DNA of 64,000 nt, from positions 704,001 through 768,000 of the forward strand of contig CP166615.1 in assembly GCA_041937175.2 (NCBI GenBank). Reading direction: 5' to 3'. This document shows positions 63,854-64,000 of this stretch, piece after piece (the stretch's first letter is position 1; every line of letters starts with the position of its first letter). This DNA comes from Limnothrix sp. BL-A-16 (GTDB lineage: Bacteria > Cyanobacteriota > Cyanobacteriia > CACIAM-69d). The notes under the pieces were generated by a model. It was not told the DNA's origin, ran no database searches, and was given only the letters and a program-made list of their open reading frames with translations. A program made the position numbers and the translations under genes.

Positions 63854-64000
63854 AACTGAAGCTCCAGGGGCGATCGCGCGAGAAAGTCCAGTGCTAGAAT
63901 ACTATCCGCGCTCAAAATTCCGGGCCCCCCAAGCCAAGAATCAGCCCATCAATCTCCCCTTGCTGAAGGGCTGGCTAGAGGGTAATTCAGTGGCTCAAAG

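Overview
Chromosomal window from a cyanobacterium (very frequent HIP1 octamer GCGATCGC; petE, cpcL, ycf30, trxC). It is mostly housekeeping and signalling genes: ftsI, pyrD, gmk, pepN, radC, dnaX, trpD, cax, a Get3/ArsA ATPase and an initiator tRNA-Met. A >1550-codon Ser/Thr kinase-ATPase-GAF-His kinase at 1..4662 (-) is absent from the ORF track because it runs off the window. Three things stand out. (1) A hierarchical family of small non-coding mobile elements is built around the palindrome CAAGGGGCTTAAGCCCCTTG (10 perfect copies). A ~131-bp MITE with 3-bp target duplications carries it centrally, and a second MITE inserts exactly at the palindrome's central TA. Filled and empty versions, opposite-orientation nestings, an alternative REP cargo, stop-codon overlaps and local tandem amplifications are all visible. 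(2) A translationally coupled pair encodes a STAND-like ATPase plus a protein with nine near-identical 42-aa TPR repeats that vary at a few positions, a candidate split NLR-like immune sensor. (3) The dnaX C-terminus is spread over three reading frames. No CRISPR array, rRNA, transposase, integrase or reverse transcriptase was seen. Product calls come from motif recognition only; no database searches were run.
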